Position numbers and translations under genes: made by a program. DNA of 64,000 bases, from sequence record NC_049849.1; one strand, 5' to 3'. The notes under the pieces are model-generated. The model searched no databases. It was not told the DNA's origin and worked only from the letters and a program-made list of their open reading frames with translations. Shown here piece by piece: positions 9,311 to 18,353 of the stretch (positions within the stretch are counted from its first letter, which is position 1; the number at the start of each line of letters is the position of its first letter).

Positions 9311-10332
9311 TGGCAAAGCTGAACATGGTTCAACGCGAACCTGCAACTCCATCCGCCAAGCGGGTGTTCGCGCATCAAGACCTGCCGCTGGACAAGATGG
9401 TCGTGTCGGTCACCCGGGCTCAGAACATCTTTGCTTGCATCGGGGCCTACATCGACAGCAAGGCCGAGAAGTGGACGAAGGATCACGGCGAATTGGCAGC
9501 GTTCCACGAAAGCCAAGACGACGACCTGAGCAACGACCTCGAGCTCCTGAACAAAATCTGGTACGAGTATCTGCGCATGTCGATCCTGGTCAAGGTCGGC
9601 ATTACGTACGACGACTACTTGCGGGATTACCCCGAGTACTTCGAGAATGCGAATTCTCAGAAAGACCCTCACGTACGAGTCGAGCAGCTGCGTGCCAACT
9701 CGATGCACTCGTGGGTAAGGAATGCCATTAGCGAGGCATCCGAGGCAGCAGACATTCATACTTGGGATCGTGACCGCAGTTACACGCGCCACGACAGCAC
9801 CCCACAAGTGTATCGCCCGCCGTTAAGCGAATATCGCACGGATACGCTCCCGCCGATTCGCGTTTACGGTAGGCCGTACAAGCCCAATGTTGCACATATG
9901 GTTCAGAAGAAGTGGGCTGGGTATGCAGATGACGCCGCGGTCGCAGAGTATGCAGTGCAAGACTTTGCGGTCGGACGTGAGCACGCTACTATGTTCCGCG
10001 ACGTGGAAAACGGTTCGCTGTTCACCAAGTGGGAAGAAGAGTACGAGCAGCACATTCGCCAGTTCAATGCACGCTGGGCTGACCTCCGCAACATATTGCG
10101 CGAAGCGCTGGAGCGCATTGCGTTTGTATCTGGCGAAGCTTCAGTTGCCTTCGAGCAGAAGCAGAAAGAGAAGCAAGAGCAGGAAGCCCGCGCTGCAGCA
10201 GCCGAAGCAGCCCGCAAGATCGCAGAAGAAAATCGGCCCGCGGTCTCTGTGGTGGAACGCGGCGTCATCGGCATTACGCTGTTCCTAGTCGTTGCATACT
10301 TCGGCTATCAATACATCAAGCCGTACATCTAA
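9310..10332 (+). CDS. hypothetical protein with C-terminal membrane anchor
   Basis: 340 aa; coiled coil then TM GVIGITLFLVVAYFGYQY. Confidence 0.7.
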   Translation: MAKLNMVQREPATPSAKRVFAHQDLPLDKMVVSVTRAQNIFACIGAYIDSKAEKWTKDHGELAAFHESQDDDLSNDLELLNKIWYEYLRMSILVKVGITYDDYLRDYPEYFENANSQKDPHVRVEQLRANSMHSWVRNAISEASEAADIHTWDRDRSYTRHDSTPQVYRPPLSEYRTDTLPPIRVYGRPYKPNVAHMVQKKWAGYADDAAVAEYAVQDFAVGREHATMFRDVENGSLFTKWEEEYEQHIRQFNARWADLRNILREALERIAFVSGEASVAFEQKQKEKQEQEARAAAAEAARKIAEENRPAVSVVERGVIGITLFLVVAYFGYQYIKPYI

Positions 10333-10368
10333 CTCGCAGTCAACCGTTCACAACCAACAAGGATTCAA

Positions 10369-11124
10369 ATGAACGATCTTCAGAAGAAAGCTCAGAAGTA
10401 CAAAACGCTTTTCAAGTTTGGTACCCTGGGCGTCATTCTTTTCGTGCTCGCACCCATTCTGTACACTGTGCTGCAAGCCACCGTCGCCGCAATCGCACTC
10501 GCGGTCATCGGCGGTACGACGTGGATGCTCACTCCGTATCTCTCGACCAAGTTCGCGAACATGCGGCTCAAGCTGGTGAAGGAAGCCGCGAAAGAGAACC
10601 CGATCGAAACTGCGCAACTCGAATTGCAGCGGCGTCGAGCAGAGCTGCAAGAGCGCAAAGCTGCCATTGAGAAGTGGGGCGGTTACGTGCAAGGCTACAT
10701 TCTGAAAGCCAAAGAGCAGGTCGACAAGTATCCGCACAAGAAGCAAGAGTACCTTGAGCGCATTCAGGGCATGCAGGCGTTGCATCAGCGTCGTGCTGAA
10801 CAGTGGCGTGAGACCCGCGCAGCCTTGGAAGTGTACGCCGCTCAAGTGCAAGAGAAGATCGACGAGTATGAAATGGCCAAGGAAGAACTCAAGGTCCGCG
10901 GCATGGTCGATGGCATGGACGAAGCCGACTTGTTCGCGCAGATCAAGATGGACGAAGCCATGAAGGAAATGACCAGCACGGTTGGTATGGCATTCTCCAG
11001 CCTCGAGTCCATTACGCATGACATGGACTACGATCATGAGAAGGGCAAGAAGCTGATCGCAAACAGCCCGACTCAGTCTCTGAACAACCTGGAAGTTATC
11101 GACGTTGAGGCAGTCCTGAAATGA
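10369..11124 (+). CDS. membrane-anchored PspA/IM30-like coiled-coil protein
   Basis: Two N-terminal TMs, then ENPIET and a long amphipathic coiled coil; context resembles yjfJ-type loci. Confidence 0.55.
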   Translation: MNDLQKKAQKYKTLFKFGTLGVILFVLAPILYTVLQATVAAIALAVIGGTTWMLTPYLSTKFANMRLKLVKEAAKENPIETAQLELQRRRAELQERKAAIEKWGGYVQGYILKAKEQVDKYPHKKQEYLERIQGMQALHQRRAEQWRETRAALEVYAAQVQEKIDEYEMAKEELKVRGMVDGMDEADLFAQIKMDEAMKEMTSTVGMAFSSLESITHDMDYDHEKGKKLIANSPTQSLNNLEVIDVEAVLK

Positions 11125-11255
11125 AAACCTGGATCATCGGTGCAGTTCTCATCGCCGCAGTCGTAGCACTCGGCTTCTTTGCCGGCAACAACTCTGTGCC
11201 TTCGGGCTCGAAGTCGCAGCCTTCGCAGTCTCAATCCAACAAGTACAAGTTCTAA
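11121..11255 (+). CDS. small membrane protein (44 aa, not in ORF track)
   Basis: Read by hand: MKTWIIGAVLIAAVVALGFFAGNNS...; ATGA overlap. Confidence 0.55.
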   Translation: MKTWIIGAVLIAAVVALGFFAGNNSVPSGSKSQPSQSQSNKYKF

Positions 11256-11281
11256 ACCAACCCCAACAAAAAGGAAATCAA

Positions 11282-12202
11282 ATGCGTATCACTCGTATCG
11301 TTGTCGCATCCCTTCTGTCTCTGGCAGCCTTCGCCGCTCATGCGCAACAGCTCAAGGTCGCTACCGGCGGTCCGCAAGGCACGTACTCGCAGATGTTCAA
11401 GGAAGTCGCACGAGTCTGCCAAGGTCAGATGAATCTGGTCGAGCAGAACACGTCGGGTTCGGTCGAGAACGTTGACCTGCTGGTCTCGAACAAGATCAAC
11501 GCAGCCATCGTGCAATCGGATGTGCTGAAGTTCCGGGCGCGCAACGAAGCGCAAATCTCGCAGCAAGTGCGCACGGTCTTCGGTCTCCACCCCGAAGAAA
11601 TTCACCTGGTGACTCGTGCGGATGGCCGCAAGGTCGGAGGCTACGGTTTCGGCAACTTCAAGTTCGGCGCCGAGCTGGTTGTGCTGCGTGACTTCCGCGA
11701 CATGGAAGGCAAGGTTGCTGGTGCAGTCGGCGGCTCGTATCTGACGGCGCAAGTCCTGGCCAACAACTCGGGTATCAGCTTCAACGTCGAGCAGTTCGGA
11801 TCGAACGATGACATGCTGCGCGCATTGGCTGAAGGCAAGATCGACGTTGCGGTCATGGTCATGGGTGCTCCTGCAAAGGCCATCACCGAAATGGGTCCCG
11901 AGTTCCGTCTGCTCCCGATTGAAGGGAAGCAAGTCGAAGCGTTGAAGGACTACTACGACGTGACGCGCCTGACCTACAACAACCTGAGCGACTCGCAAGG
12001 CGTTGCTGCTCTGTCGGTGCAAGCTCTGTTTGTCTCGCGCAACTACAAGACCGATGCAATGAAGAATGGTCTGAACACTCTGCGTGAATGCGTGTCCACG
12101 AAGCTGGATGAGCTGAAGGAAGAAATGGGTACGCATCCGAAGTGGCAGCAAGTCGAAGCCGGCCAGAATGGGAAGTGGCTGGTCTACAACAACGGTAACT
12201 AA
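11282..12202 (+). CDS. TAXI-family TRAP transporter solute-binding protein
   Basis: Signal peptide; ATGGPQGTY, TSGSVENV, AIVQSDV, LHPEEIHLV motifs typical of TAXI receptors. Confidence 0.85.
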   Translation: MRITRIVVASLLSLAAFAAHAQQLKVATGGPQGTYSQMFKEVARVCQGQMNLVEQNTSGSVENVDLLVSNKINAAIVQSDVLKFRARNEAQISQQVRTVFGLHPEEIHLVTRADGRKVGGYGFGNFKFGAELVVLRDFRDMEGKVAGAVGGSYLTAQVLANNSGISFNVEQFGSNDDMLRALAEGKIDVAVMVMGAPAKAITEMGPEFRLLPIEGKQVEALKDYYDVTRLTYNNLSDSQGVAALSVQALFVSRNYKTDAMKNGLNTLRECVSTKLDELKEEMGTHPKWQQVEAGQNGKWLVYNNGN

Positions 12203-12208
12203 GTAACG

Positions 12209-12245
12209 ATGGGCAGGGGCTGCGGTCTCTGCCCATTTTTCATTT
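12209..12245 (+). terminator. Rho-independent terminator
   Basis: ATGGGCAGGGGC-TGCG-GTCTCTGCCCAT then TTTTCATTT. Confidence 0.8.
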
Positions 12246-12266
12246 GTGGCATTCAAAGGACTAGAC

Positions 12267-13577
12267 ATGCAAGGTCGTAACGTATTCATCATCGGTTGTG
12301 GTTCCATTGGTCAGGGTCTGATCCCGCTGCTGTTCAAGCACTTCTATATGGAGCAGTCGCGAGTGGTCGTCATCACCGCCGATGAACGCGGCAAGGCTCT
12401 TGCTCAGTACTACGGCTGCTCGTTCCTGATCGAACCTCTCGGTCCTCTGAACTTTGAGTACGTGCTGGACAACGTTGGTCACAAGCCGGGCGACATTATG
12501 ATTAACGTCTCGGTCGATGTGTCGAGTATCGACCTCATGAACTACTGCAACGAGCATGGTCTGATGTATACCGATACATGCGTTGAGCCGTGGAGGGGTG
12601 GATATCAACAAGGCATGACCAACGCGGGACTGCGTACGGCGGCGCTGATGAGTCGTAAGATCGAGGACACTCCGACGGCCTTGATTGCACACGGGGCGAA
12701 TCCTGGGCTGGTTACGCACCTTCTGAAAGAAGGCTTGCGCGAACTCAGCTATGAGCGCCGTGTGATCTATGACCACGAAGCCACAGCGTTCAGCGCATTT
12801 GGATTTAAGGCGGTCCATATCGCAGAGCGTGACACGCAAGACAACGACGAAGAACGACCGAGTGGCAAATTCGTAAATACGTGGTCGGTAGACGGGCTTC
12901 TCAGCGAACTGTACCAGCAAGCTGAAATCGGCGTTGGCACTCACGAGCCTTTCAATCACAATATGTTTCCGACTTCGCGTATCAGTGCCAAGCTCCCTAC
13001 GCGCAGCGCAGATACCAAAGTCAAATCGTGGGTGCCTTCGGGTGGCGCACAAGACGCTTACTTGATTACGCATCACGAGTCCATTTCGCTTGCAGCGTTT
13101 CTTGAAGACTCGGACGGCAATCGACCTACGGTGCTGTACGCGTACAATCCGAGTCGGTTGACTCGCGAGTCCATTGAAGAATGGCGCGCTACTGGATTGC
13201 AAGAGCCGAAGCACAAGGAAGTCATGAAGGGCGTTACCCAAGGGTTTGACGAACTTGGCGTCCTGATGATCGGTCCGAGTCACAGCTACTGGTATGGGTC
13301 GAAGCTCTACGCAGAGGATGCGCGCAAGCTCATGCCGCAAGACTCCCTGCATTTGATTGAAGGTTTTAACGCAACGACGTTGCAGGTCACAGCCACCCTC
13401 ATCGGAGGTCTGAAGTGGATGCTGAAATGGCCCAACGAAGGTGTGGTAGAAGCTGAAGATATTGATAGCAGCTTGGTCCTCAAGTATGCTCATCAGTACA
13501 TCGGCGATGTGCGCGGTCACTTTACCGCATGGTCCTTTGGTAATTGTTCTTTCAACAACTTCTTGATTCAAAAATAA
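12267..13577 (+). CDS. hss: homospermidine synthase
   Basis: Rossmann IIGCGSIG; DTCVEPW, HGANPG, HIAERDTQ, FVNTWSVDG, ITHHES, DELGVL, NATTLQV motifs; AAAGGA SD before ATG 12267. Confidence 0.92.
   Translation: MQGRNVFIIGCGSIGQGLIPLLFKHFYMEQSRVVVITADERGKALAQYYGCSFLIEPLGPLNFEYVLDNVGHKPGDIMINVSVDVSSIDLMNYCNEHGLMYTDTCVEPWRGGYQQGMTNAGLRTAALMSRKIEDTPTALIAHGANPGLVTHLLKEGLRELSYERRVIYDHEATAFSAFGFKAVHIAERDTQDNDEERPSGKFVNTWSVDGLLSELYQQAEIGVGTHEPFNHNMFPTSRISAKLPTRSADTKVKSWVPSGGAQDAYLITHHESISLAAFLEDSDGNRPTVLYAYNPSRLTRESIEEWRATGLQEPKHKEVMKGVTQGFDELGVLMIGPSHSYWYGSKLYAEDARKLMPQDSLHLIEGFNATTLQVTATLIGGLKWMLKWPNEGVVEAEDIDSSLVLKYAHQYIGDVRGHFTAWSFGNCSFNNFLIQK
12871..12879 (+). promoter_or_regulatory. TCGTAAATA motif, intragenic copy in hss
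   Basis: Exact 9-mer; may be an internal promoter or chance. Confidence 0.25.
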
Positions 13578-13961
13578 ATGAAACGATCAGCGAAGATCAC
13601 CCTGGTACTTCTCGGCACGATGGCACTTACGGCGTGCGGCGATGGCAACGAGTCTCGTCAGACGACGCGCCAACAGTACAAAAGCATGGCCGACTGCCAA
13701 CGCGAATGGGGCACCGACAGTCGGAATTGCACAACCTCAAGCAGCGGCCACTTCTTTGGCCCGCTTTATTTCTGGAATCACTCGACGGGTACGCCGATGG
13801 TAGTGGGTGCGGGCGGTGAGACTCGCGCAGTTCCTAACGCCTATGCGAATCCGGCCAACAGTGCAGTAGCGCGCAGTTCTGCAATCAGCACTTCGACCAG
13901 CACCGCAATCGTCCGTGGCGGCTTCGGCAGCACCGGCTCTTCGTTCTCCGCAGGCGGCTGA
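13578..13961 (+). CDS. DUF1190-like (YgiB/YjfM-type) lipoprotein
   Basis: Lipobox LTAC; CQREWG..C; Ser/Thr/Gly-rich tail with RGGFG ending AGG; directly upstream of a GSP-synthetase-like gene. Confidence 0.8.
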   Translation: MKRSAKITLVLLGTMALTACGDGNESRQTTRQQYKSMADCQREWGTDSRNCTTSSSGHFFGPLYFWNHSTGTPMVVGAGGETRAVPNAYANPANSAVARSSAISTSTSTAIVRGGFGSTGSSFSAGG

Positions 13962-13964
13962 TAC

Positions 13965-15092
13965 ATGCAACGAGTCAAGGTTCAAGAGCGTGCCGACAAG
14001 GCAGACAAGCTGGAAGCGATCGGGCTTTCGTTCCATGCGTGGGATGACTACTGGAACGAGGGAGTCGCCTACAAGTTTGAGTCGGCAGAAATCGACAAGC
14101 TCGAAGCCGCAGCCAATGAACTGCATGGCATGTGTTTGAACGCAGCGCGCTATGCGATCAATCACAACCGCCTCGGCCAGATGGGAATTCCCGAGCAGTT
14201 CCATGAAGCGATTCGCCAGTCGTTCGACCGCAACGAGTTCTCGCTGTACGGCCGCTTCGACTTCGCGTTCGACGGCGATCAAATCAAGATGCTCGAGTAC
14301 AACGCAGACACTCCGACCTCGCTGTTGGAATCCGCGGTGGCTCAGTGGGACTGGATGGAAGAAGTCAAGCCTGGCACCGATCAGTTCAACAGCCTGCATG
14401 AGCGACTGATCGAGCAGTGGCAGAAGTTCCGCGGTGCGAAGAAAGTCTACTTTGCGTCGTTGCGCGACAACGAAGAAGACTGGGTCTGCGTTCACTACAT
14501 GATGGACACAGCCGCGCAAGCTGGCTTGGAAGTTCAGCACATCTGGCTGGATGATATCGGCTACGATCCGATGAACCAAGTCTTCGTTGACGACCGCAAC
14601 CGACCCATCGAAGCGCTGTTCAAGCTCTACCCGTGGGAATGGTTGATGCGTGAGGACTTCGCGCAGTACTTAACGACGACCAAGACCCAGTTCGTTGAAC
14701 CCATCTGGAAGTCGGTGTTGTCGAACAAGGCGCTGCTGCCGATCTTGTGGGAAGTCTACCGCGATCATCCGCTGCTGTTGCCGTCGTACTTCGAAGCCGA
14801 CAAGCTCAAGTCGTTTGCCAAGAAGCCTTTCTTTTCGCGTGAAGGTGCCAACGTCGAACTGCATGAGAATGGCTTGATGCAGGACTTCGACACCGGACCG
14901 TATGGTGCTGAAGGTTACATCTACCAGCAGCTGATCCAGCTTCCCAAGTTCGACGACGTGTATCCGATCATCGGTGCGTGGATCGTGGGTGAAGAGTCGG
15001 CTGGTATCTGCATCCGCGAAGATCGGCTGCGCATCACCACCAACATGAGCCACTTCATTCCGCACTACTTCACCGACAACGAGGAAGCATGA
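13965..15092 (+). CDS. glutathionylspermidine synthetase-like ATP-grasp ligase (YgiC/YjfC type, no amidase domain)
   Basis: LYGRFDF, MLEYNADTPTSLLES, QFNSLHE, FKLYPWEW, EPIWKSVLSNKALL, KPFFSREGANV motifs. Confidence 0.92.
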   Translation: MQRVKVQERADKADKLEAIGLSFHAWDDYWNEGVAYKFESAEIDKLEAAANELHGMCLNAARYAINHNRLGQMGIPEQFHEAIRQSFDRNEFSLYGRFDFAFDGDQIKMLEYNADTPTSLLESAVAQWDWMEEVKPGTDQFNSLHERLIEQWQKFRGAKKVYFASLRDNEEDWVCVHYMMDTAAQAGLEVQHIWLDDIGYDPMNQVFVDDRNRPIEALFKLYPWEWLMREDFAQYLTTTKTQFVEPIWKSVLSNKALLPILWEVYRDHPLLLPSYFEADKLKSFAKKPFFSREGANVELHENGLMQDFDTGPYGAEGYIYQQLIQLPKFDDVYPIIGAWIVGEESAGICIREDRLRITTNMSHFIPHYFTDNEEA

Positions 15093-15364
15093 GCGCCCTA
15101 CAGACCCTGAACGAACTTCGTGCGCGTGTACATCTGCGCACTCGTGTCCTGCCAAATATCATCGACGCCGCAAAGCGTATGATGACGCTTGGCGCTTCGG
15201 TAGAAGAAGTCAATGAGCTGCTCGACGCTTTCGGCTACGAAGGCATGAAGGTCAAGCTTACCGCAGAGGATCAACGAGACACGTACGCTCTGTCGGCTAC
15301 CTTCATGGGCTACACGGAAGTCAAGCTCTTCGAAGTGGTAACCGTCGATGACGAAGCTGCATAG
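15089..15364 (+). CDS. hypothetical protein
   Basis: ATGA overlap; GAGGAAG SD. Confidence 0.6.
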   Translation: MSALQTLNELRARVHLRTRVLPNIIDAAKRMMTLGASVEEVNELLDAFGYEGMKVKLTAEDQRDTYALSATFMGYTEVKLFEVVTVDDEAA

Positions 15365-15473
15365 ATTTTTCGCCATCATCTTGCTTGGCATCGCTATCGT
15401 TTACATAGCGTACGGTGCAAGCATAACCGCATATCTGTTTTTCAAAATCTACAACCTACTGGAGCAATCCCGC

Positions 15474-15860
15474 ATGGCAAACATCCTGAATACCTTCCTG
15501 TACTTCTTCACGTCGCTGGCTATGCTGGCACTGTTCATGGTCGTTTACGAGAAGGTCACGCCGTATCGTGAATGGGTCGAAATCAAGAACGGCAACACCG
15601 CGGCGGCTATCGCATTCGGCGGCGCGCTGATCGGCTTTGTTCTCCCGCTGTGGTCCGTCATCATGAGCACGCACTCGGTGCTCGAAGTCATCAAGTGGGG
15701 CTTCCTGGTCGGTGCCATTCAAATCGTTTCGTTCCTGGTCATTCATCGTCTGCGCGGCTTCGGCGACTGCGTACGTGAGGGTCGAGTGTCGAGCGCGACG
15801 TTCCTGGCTTTCGCATCCATTGCTATCGGCATCATCAACGCAGCTTCGATCAGCTACTGA
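15474..15860 (+). CDS. DUF350 (YjfL-type) membrane protein
   Basis: Four TMs; VYEKVTPYREWVEIKNGNTAAAIAFGGALIG signature; GGAG SD before ATG 15474. Confidence 0.85.
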   Translation: MANILNTFLYFFTSLAMLALFMVVYEKVTPYREWVEIKNGNTAAAIAFGGALIGFVLPLWSVIMSTHSVLEVIKWGFLVGAIQIVSFLVIHRLRGFGDCVREGRVSSATFLAFASIAIGIINAASISY

Positions 15861-15863
15861 ACC

Positions 15864-16124
15864 ATGCAACTTCCCGACAATCGCTTTACTGCAGAGGAAG
15901 CCCGCGCCAAGATGGCAGAGGCTTTCAAGATCAACCCGCGCAAGGTCATGCTGGAGCTACGCAGAGCATACGGCCTGATTGAGCAGGACATAGCCAAGGG
16001 GTCAGTGGCCTTCTTGATTCGAGGTTCTGCCATGCGTGAAGCCGTAGCAGAGCAACTGCGCAAGGATGGTTACACGGTCTCGCTGTGTGCGAGTTCTGAC
16101 AAGATCATCGTCTACTGGAAGTAA
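15864..16124 (+). CDS. hypothetical protein
   Basis: Last ORF before the terminator. Confidence 0.6.
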   Translation: MQLPDNRFTAEEARAKMAEAFKINPRKVMLELRRAYGLIEQDIAKGSVAFLIRGSAMREAVAEQLRKDGYTVSLCASSDKIIVYWK

Positions 16125-16130
16125 AGCAAT

Positions 16131-16158
16131 GGGTGGGGCCTTCGGGTCTCACCCTTTT
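16131..16158 (+). terminator. Rho-independent terminator
   Basis: GGGTGGGGCC-TTCG-GGTCTCACCC-TTTT (cUUCGg loop). Confidence 0.8.
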
Positions 16159-16187
16159 CGTACATCTATAGAACACTAGATACCAAA

Positions 16188-17969
16188 ATGAGCAAACGTT
16201 ATCAACGTGGTAATCTGTCGCAGGTTCAAACGCAAACGACGGCTCAAGCCGTGCCTGCGCTGCCGACACTACAACATCAAAAGCTGCCCGATAACAAATA
16301 CCACTACTGCACGAACTCCTGGTTCGATCAGCAGTTTCGCAAAGTCTCTAGCAGTACCGACACGCTCAAGGCCATGACGCCTCTGGCGATCCTACGCGAA
16401 GCCGAAGGTATTGAGCCTGTGTCTTCGACTGCACTCCGTATTGCAAAGACAGACTGGTCTGGTCGCGAGCAGTTCATCCTGTCCAGTGGCTGCCGCCTGG
16501 GTAAGAACACGCTTATGCGGGAACTGATGAAAGACTATCAGAGGGATGCGCTGGTAACTCTTGACTCGTGTCCGCCTATCATAACGGGTGAGCTTGGCAC
16601 GCTCGAAGGCGTGACCATCACTCATGGCGTAAAGCAGCTCGCAGAAACCCCAGCTTTTCAAAATGCTGTTAGCCGGCCGATGGTACTGACTATGGACCCA
16701 GGCACTTCGTTGAACGACATTCACGAGTATGGTTTGTACTCGGTGGGCAGCGGCTTGATTGCCACGAATAGCCCGATTCAAGGTGCATCAGTGGACAGCA
16801 CTTCCTACTGGTCTCACATATTCGACGGATTCGACGAAGACCTACAGATTCGACGTGAGGCAGTTCGTCAGCGCGCAGTCAATCAAATTCTCAACGACGA
16901 GCAAGCACGCGGTCGACTGAATCGAGCTACTATCGGATTCGCACAACCGCACATCATGCAGATACCCCGCGAGCGGATGGACGACTACTTTTACAGTATG
17001 CGTGCCTTCAGCCGTGAAGGCAGTCTCCTGAGTGAGTCGCTTCCTGGAGACCCTGTTAAGGATCGCCGCGAACGTCCAAAGAATCCGATCAACGTTGACA
17101 CCTTGAAAGAGGCGATCACCAAGGCGGTAGCTGCGTGGAGTCCCGAGATTCAGAAGTGGATGCTGAGTACCGCGTTCAATTGGGCACGGTCCAATCTCGA
17201 AACTGCGTTCTATCGAAATACGGAGTCCGAAAAGAAGAACGCCCCCGACTGGGTGCAAGCTGCTTGGGATCGGGGCGACAACTTGGTACGCTTCGATGTG
17301 ACTCGTTGGATGCACCCCACTGCATGGAATGAGGTATCGACTCGCAATTTTCAGGACCTCATCAATACGATTTCTGTCAAAGACGATTCGATTTGGCACG
17401 CAGCGGGCAGCATATCAGTTCATTCGCTGCGTACTCAGCTAACTGCTCTCGGTCTGTATTTCCAACAGTGCCGCTCGGAACTTCCCGCTGACCTCACCCA
17501 TATCTCATATGAAGATGCGCGCAAGAAAGCAAAAGAATGGTTCGAGGCCTCGGCGTATCAGAAGGTTCTGAATCGTCGCCTGGAGCAAGAGGTGTGGTTC
17601 TCTGTCTTCAAGAATGGCAAAGCATTCAACGTCGTACCACTGCACACGCGTGAGTCTTTTGAGGATGAGCACGTTGCCAATCGCGTGTGCATCAACAACT
17701 CAGAGTACCGTCAGCGCAGCAACGAAACGGGTGCCATTTATCTGTCGGTGCGTGATGCTGAGACTGGCGAAGGCTGCCTGACTATCGAACTGCGTACAGA
17801 GCATGGCGAGCCCAAGTTCAAGGGCGGAAAAATTCAACGCGAAGTCAGCTATCAGGGCGAAGCTATCTCGCACACCGGCAACATCTATGCTGCGAAGTAC
17901 GAATGCTTGGTGGTGCAAATTGAGAAGCACCTTGGCATTCCCTTGACTCACCTCTACTGCCAGGACTAA
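16188..17969 (+). CDS. large protein with C-terminal PcfJ-like domain
   Basis: 593 aa; C-terminal SYEDARKKAKEW...PLHTRESFEDEHVANRVCI...IYLSVRD...TIEL resembles PcfJ-like domains. Confidence 0.55.
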   Translation: MSKRYQRGNLSQVQTQTTAQAVPALPTLQHQKLPDNKYHYCTNSWFDQQFRKVSSSTDTLKAMTPLAILREAEGIEPVSSTALRIAKTDWSGREQFILSSGCRLGKNTLMRELMKDYQRDALVTLDSCPPIITGELGTLEGVTITHGVKQLAETPAFQNAVSRPMVLTMDPGTSLNDIHEYGLYSVGSGLIATNSPIQGASVDSTSYWSHIFDGFDEDLQIRREAVRQRAVNQILNDEQARGRLNRATIGFAQPHIMQIPRERMDDYFYSMRAFSREGSLLSESLPGDPVKDRRERPKNPINVDTLKEAITKAVAAWSPEIQKWMLSTAFNWARSNLETAFYRNTESEKKNAPDWVQAAWDRGDNLVRFDVTRWMHPTAWNEVSTRNFQDLINTISVKDDSIWHAAGSISVHSLRTQLTALGLYFQQCRSELPADLTHISYEDARKKAKEWFEASAYQKVLNRRLEQEVWFSVFKNGKAFNVVPLHTRESFEDEHVANRVCINNSEYRQRSNETGAIYLSVRDAETGEGCLTIELRTEHGEPKFKGGKIQREVSYQGEAISHTGNIYAAKYECLVVQIEKHLGIPLTHLYCQD

Positions 17970-17971
17970 CA

Positions 17972-18166
17972 ATGAGCAATCTCCGCTATAAGGATATGTC
18001 GGTATCCAAGAGCTCCGCAATGGGACAAGCTATGCTGAACAAGGCCAGCCCCAAGGTGATCGAACAGCATTACCGCGAAGGTAATGCGCAGTTCCATCGA
18101 GACTTTCCTAAAGACGTATGGGAGCGATTGCATGAAAGCAAGGGACTGGTTAGCCGAACTGAATAA
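17972..18166 (+). CDS. hypothetical protein
   Basis: Packed ORF. Confidence 0.5.
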   Translation: MSNLRYKDMSVSKSSAMGQAMLNKASPKVIEQHYREGNAQFHRDFPKDVWERLHESKGLVSRTE

Positions 18167-18353
18167 GCAATGTCAGTTCGGCTCGCGTGAGCAACGTGGT
18201 AAGAAGGTTACGCGTGCCGAGCTGCAGCGCTGGTTAGATCAGAAGGCCGTACTCATCAATGGTGAGACGGTCAAGCAGGATGAGGAGCTAGACTTCCCGA
18301 TCATATCGGTGGTCTTGCATCCTGCATCCAAACATCGCACTACTATCTGGTGA
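18132..18353 (+). CDS. small S4-like RNA-binding protein
   Basis: TRAELQRWLDQKAVLINGETV resembles the S4 helix-turn-strand motif; GGGAG SD. Confidence 0.45.
   Translation: MKARDWLAELNKQCQFGSREQRGKKVTRAELQRWLDQKAVLINGETVKQDEELDFPIISVVLHPASKHRTTIW

Noticed and set aside
12261-13571. 436-aa ORF antisense to hss
   Set aside because: It mirrors the hss frame on the opposite strand; no motifs or RBS were seen.
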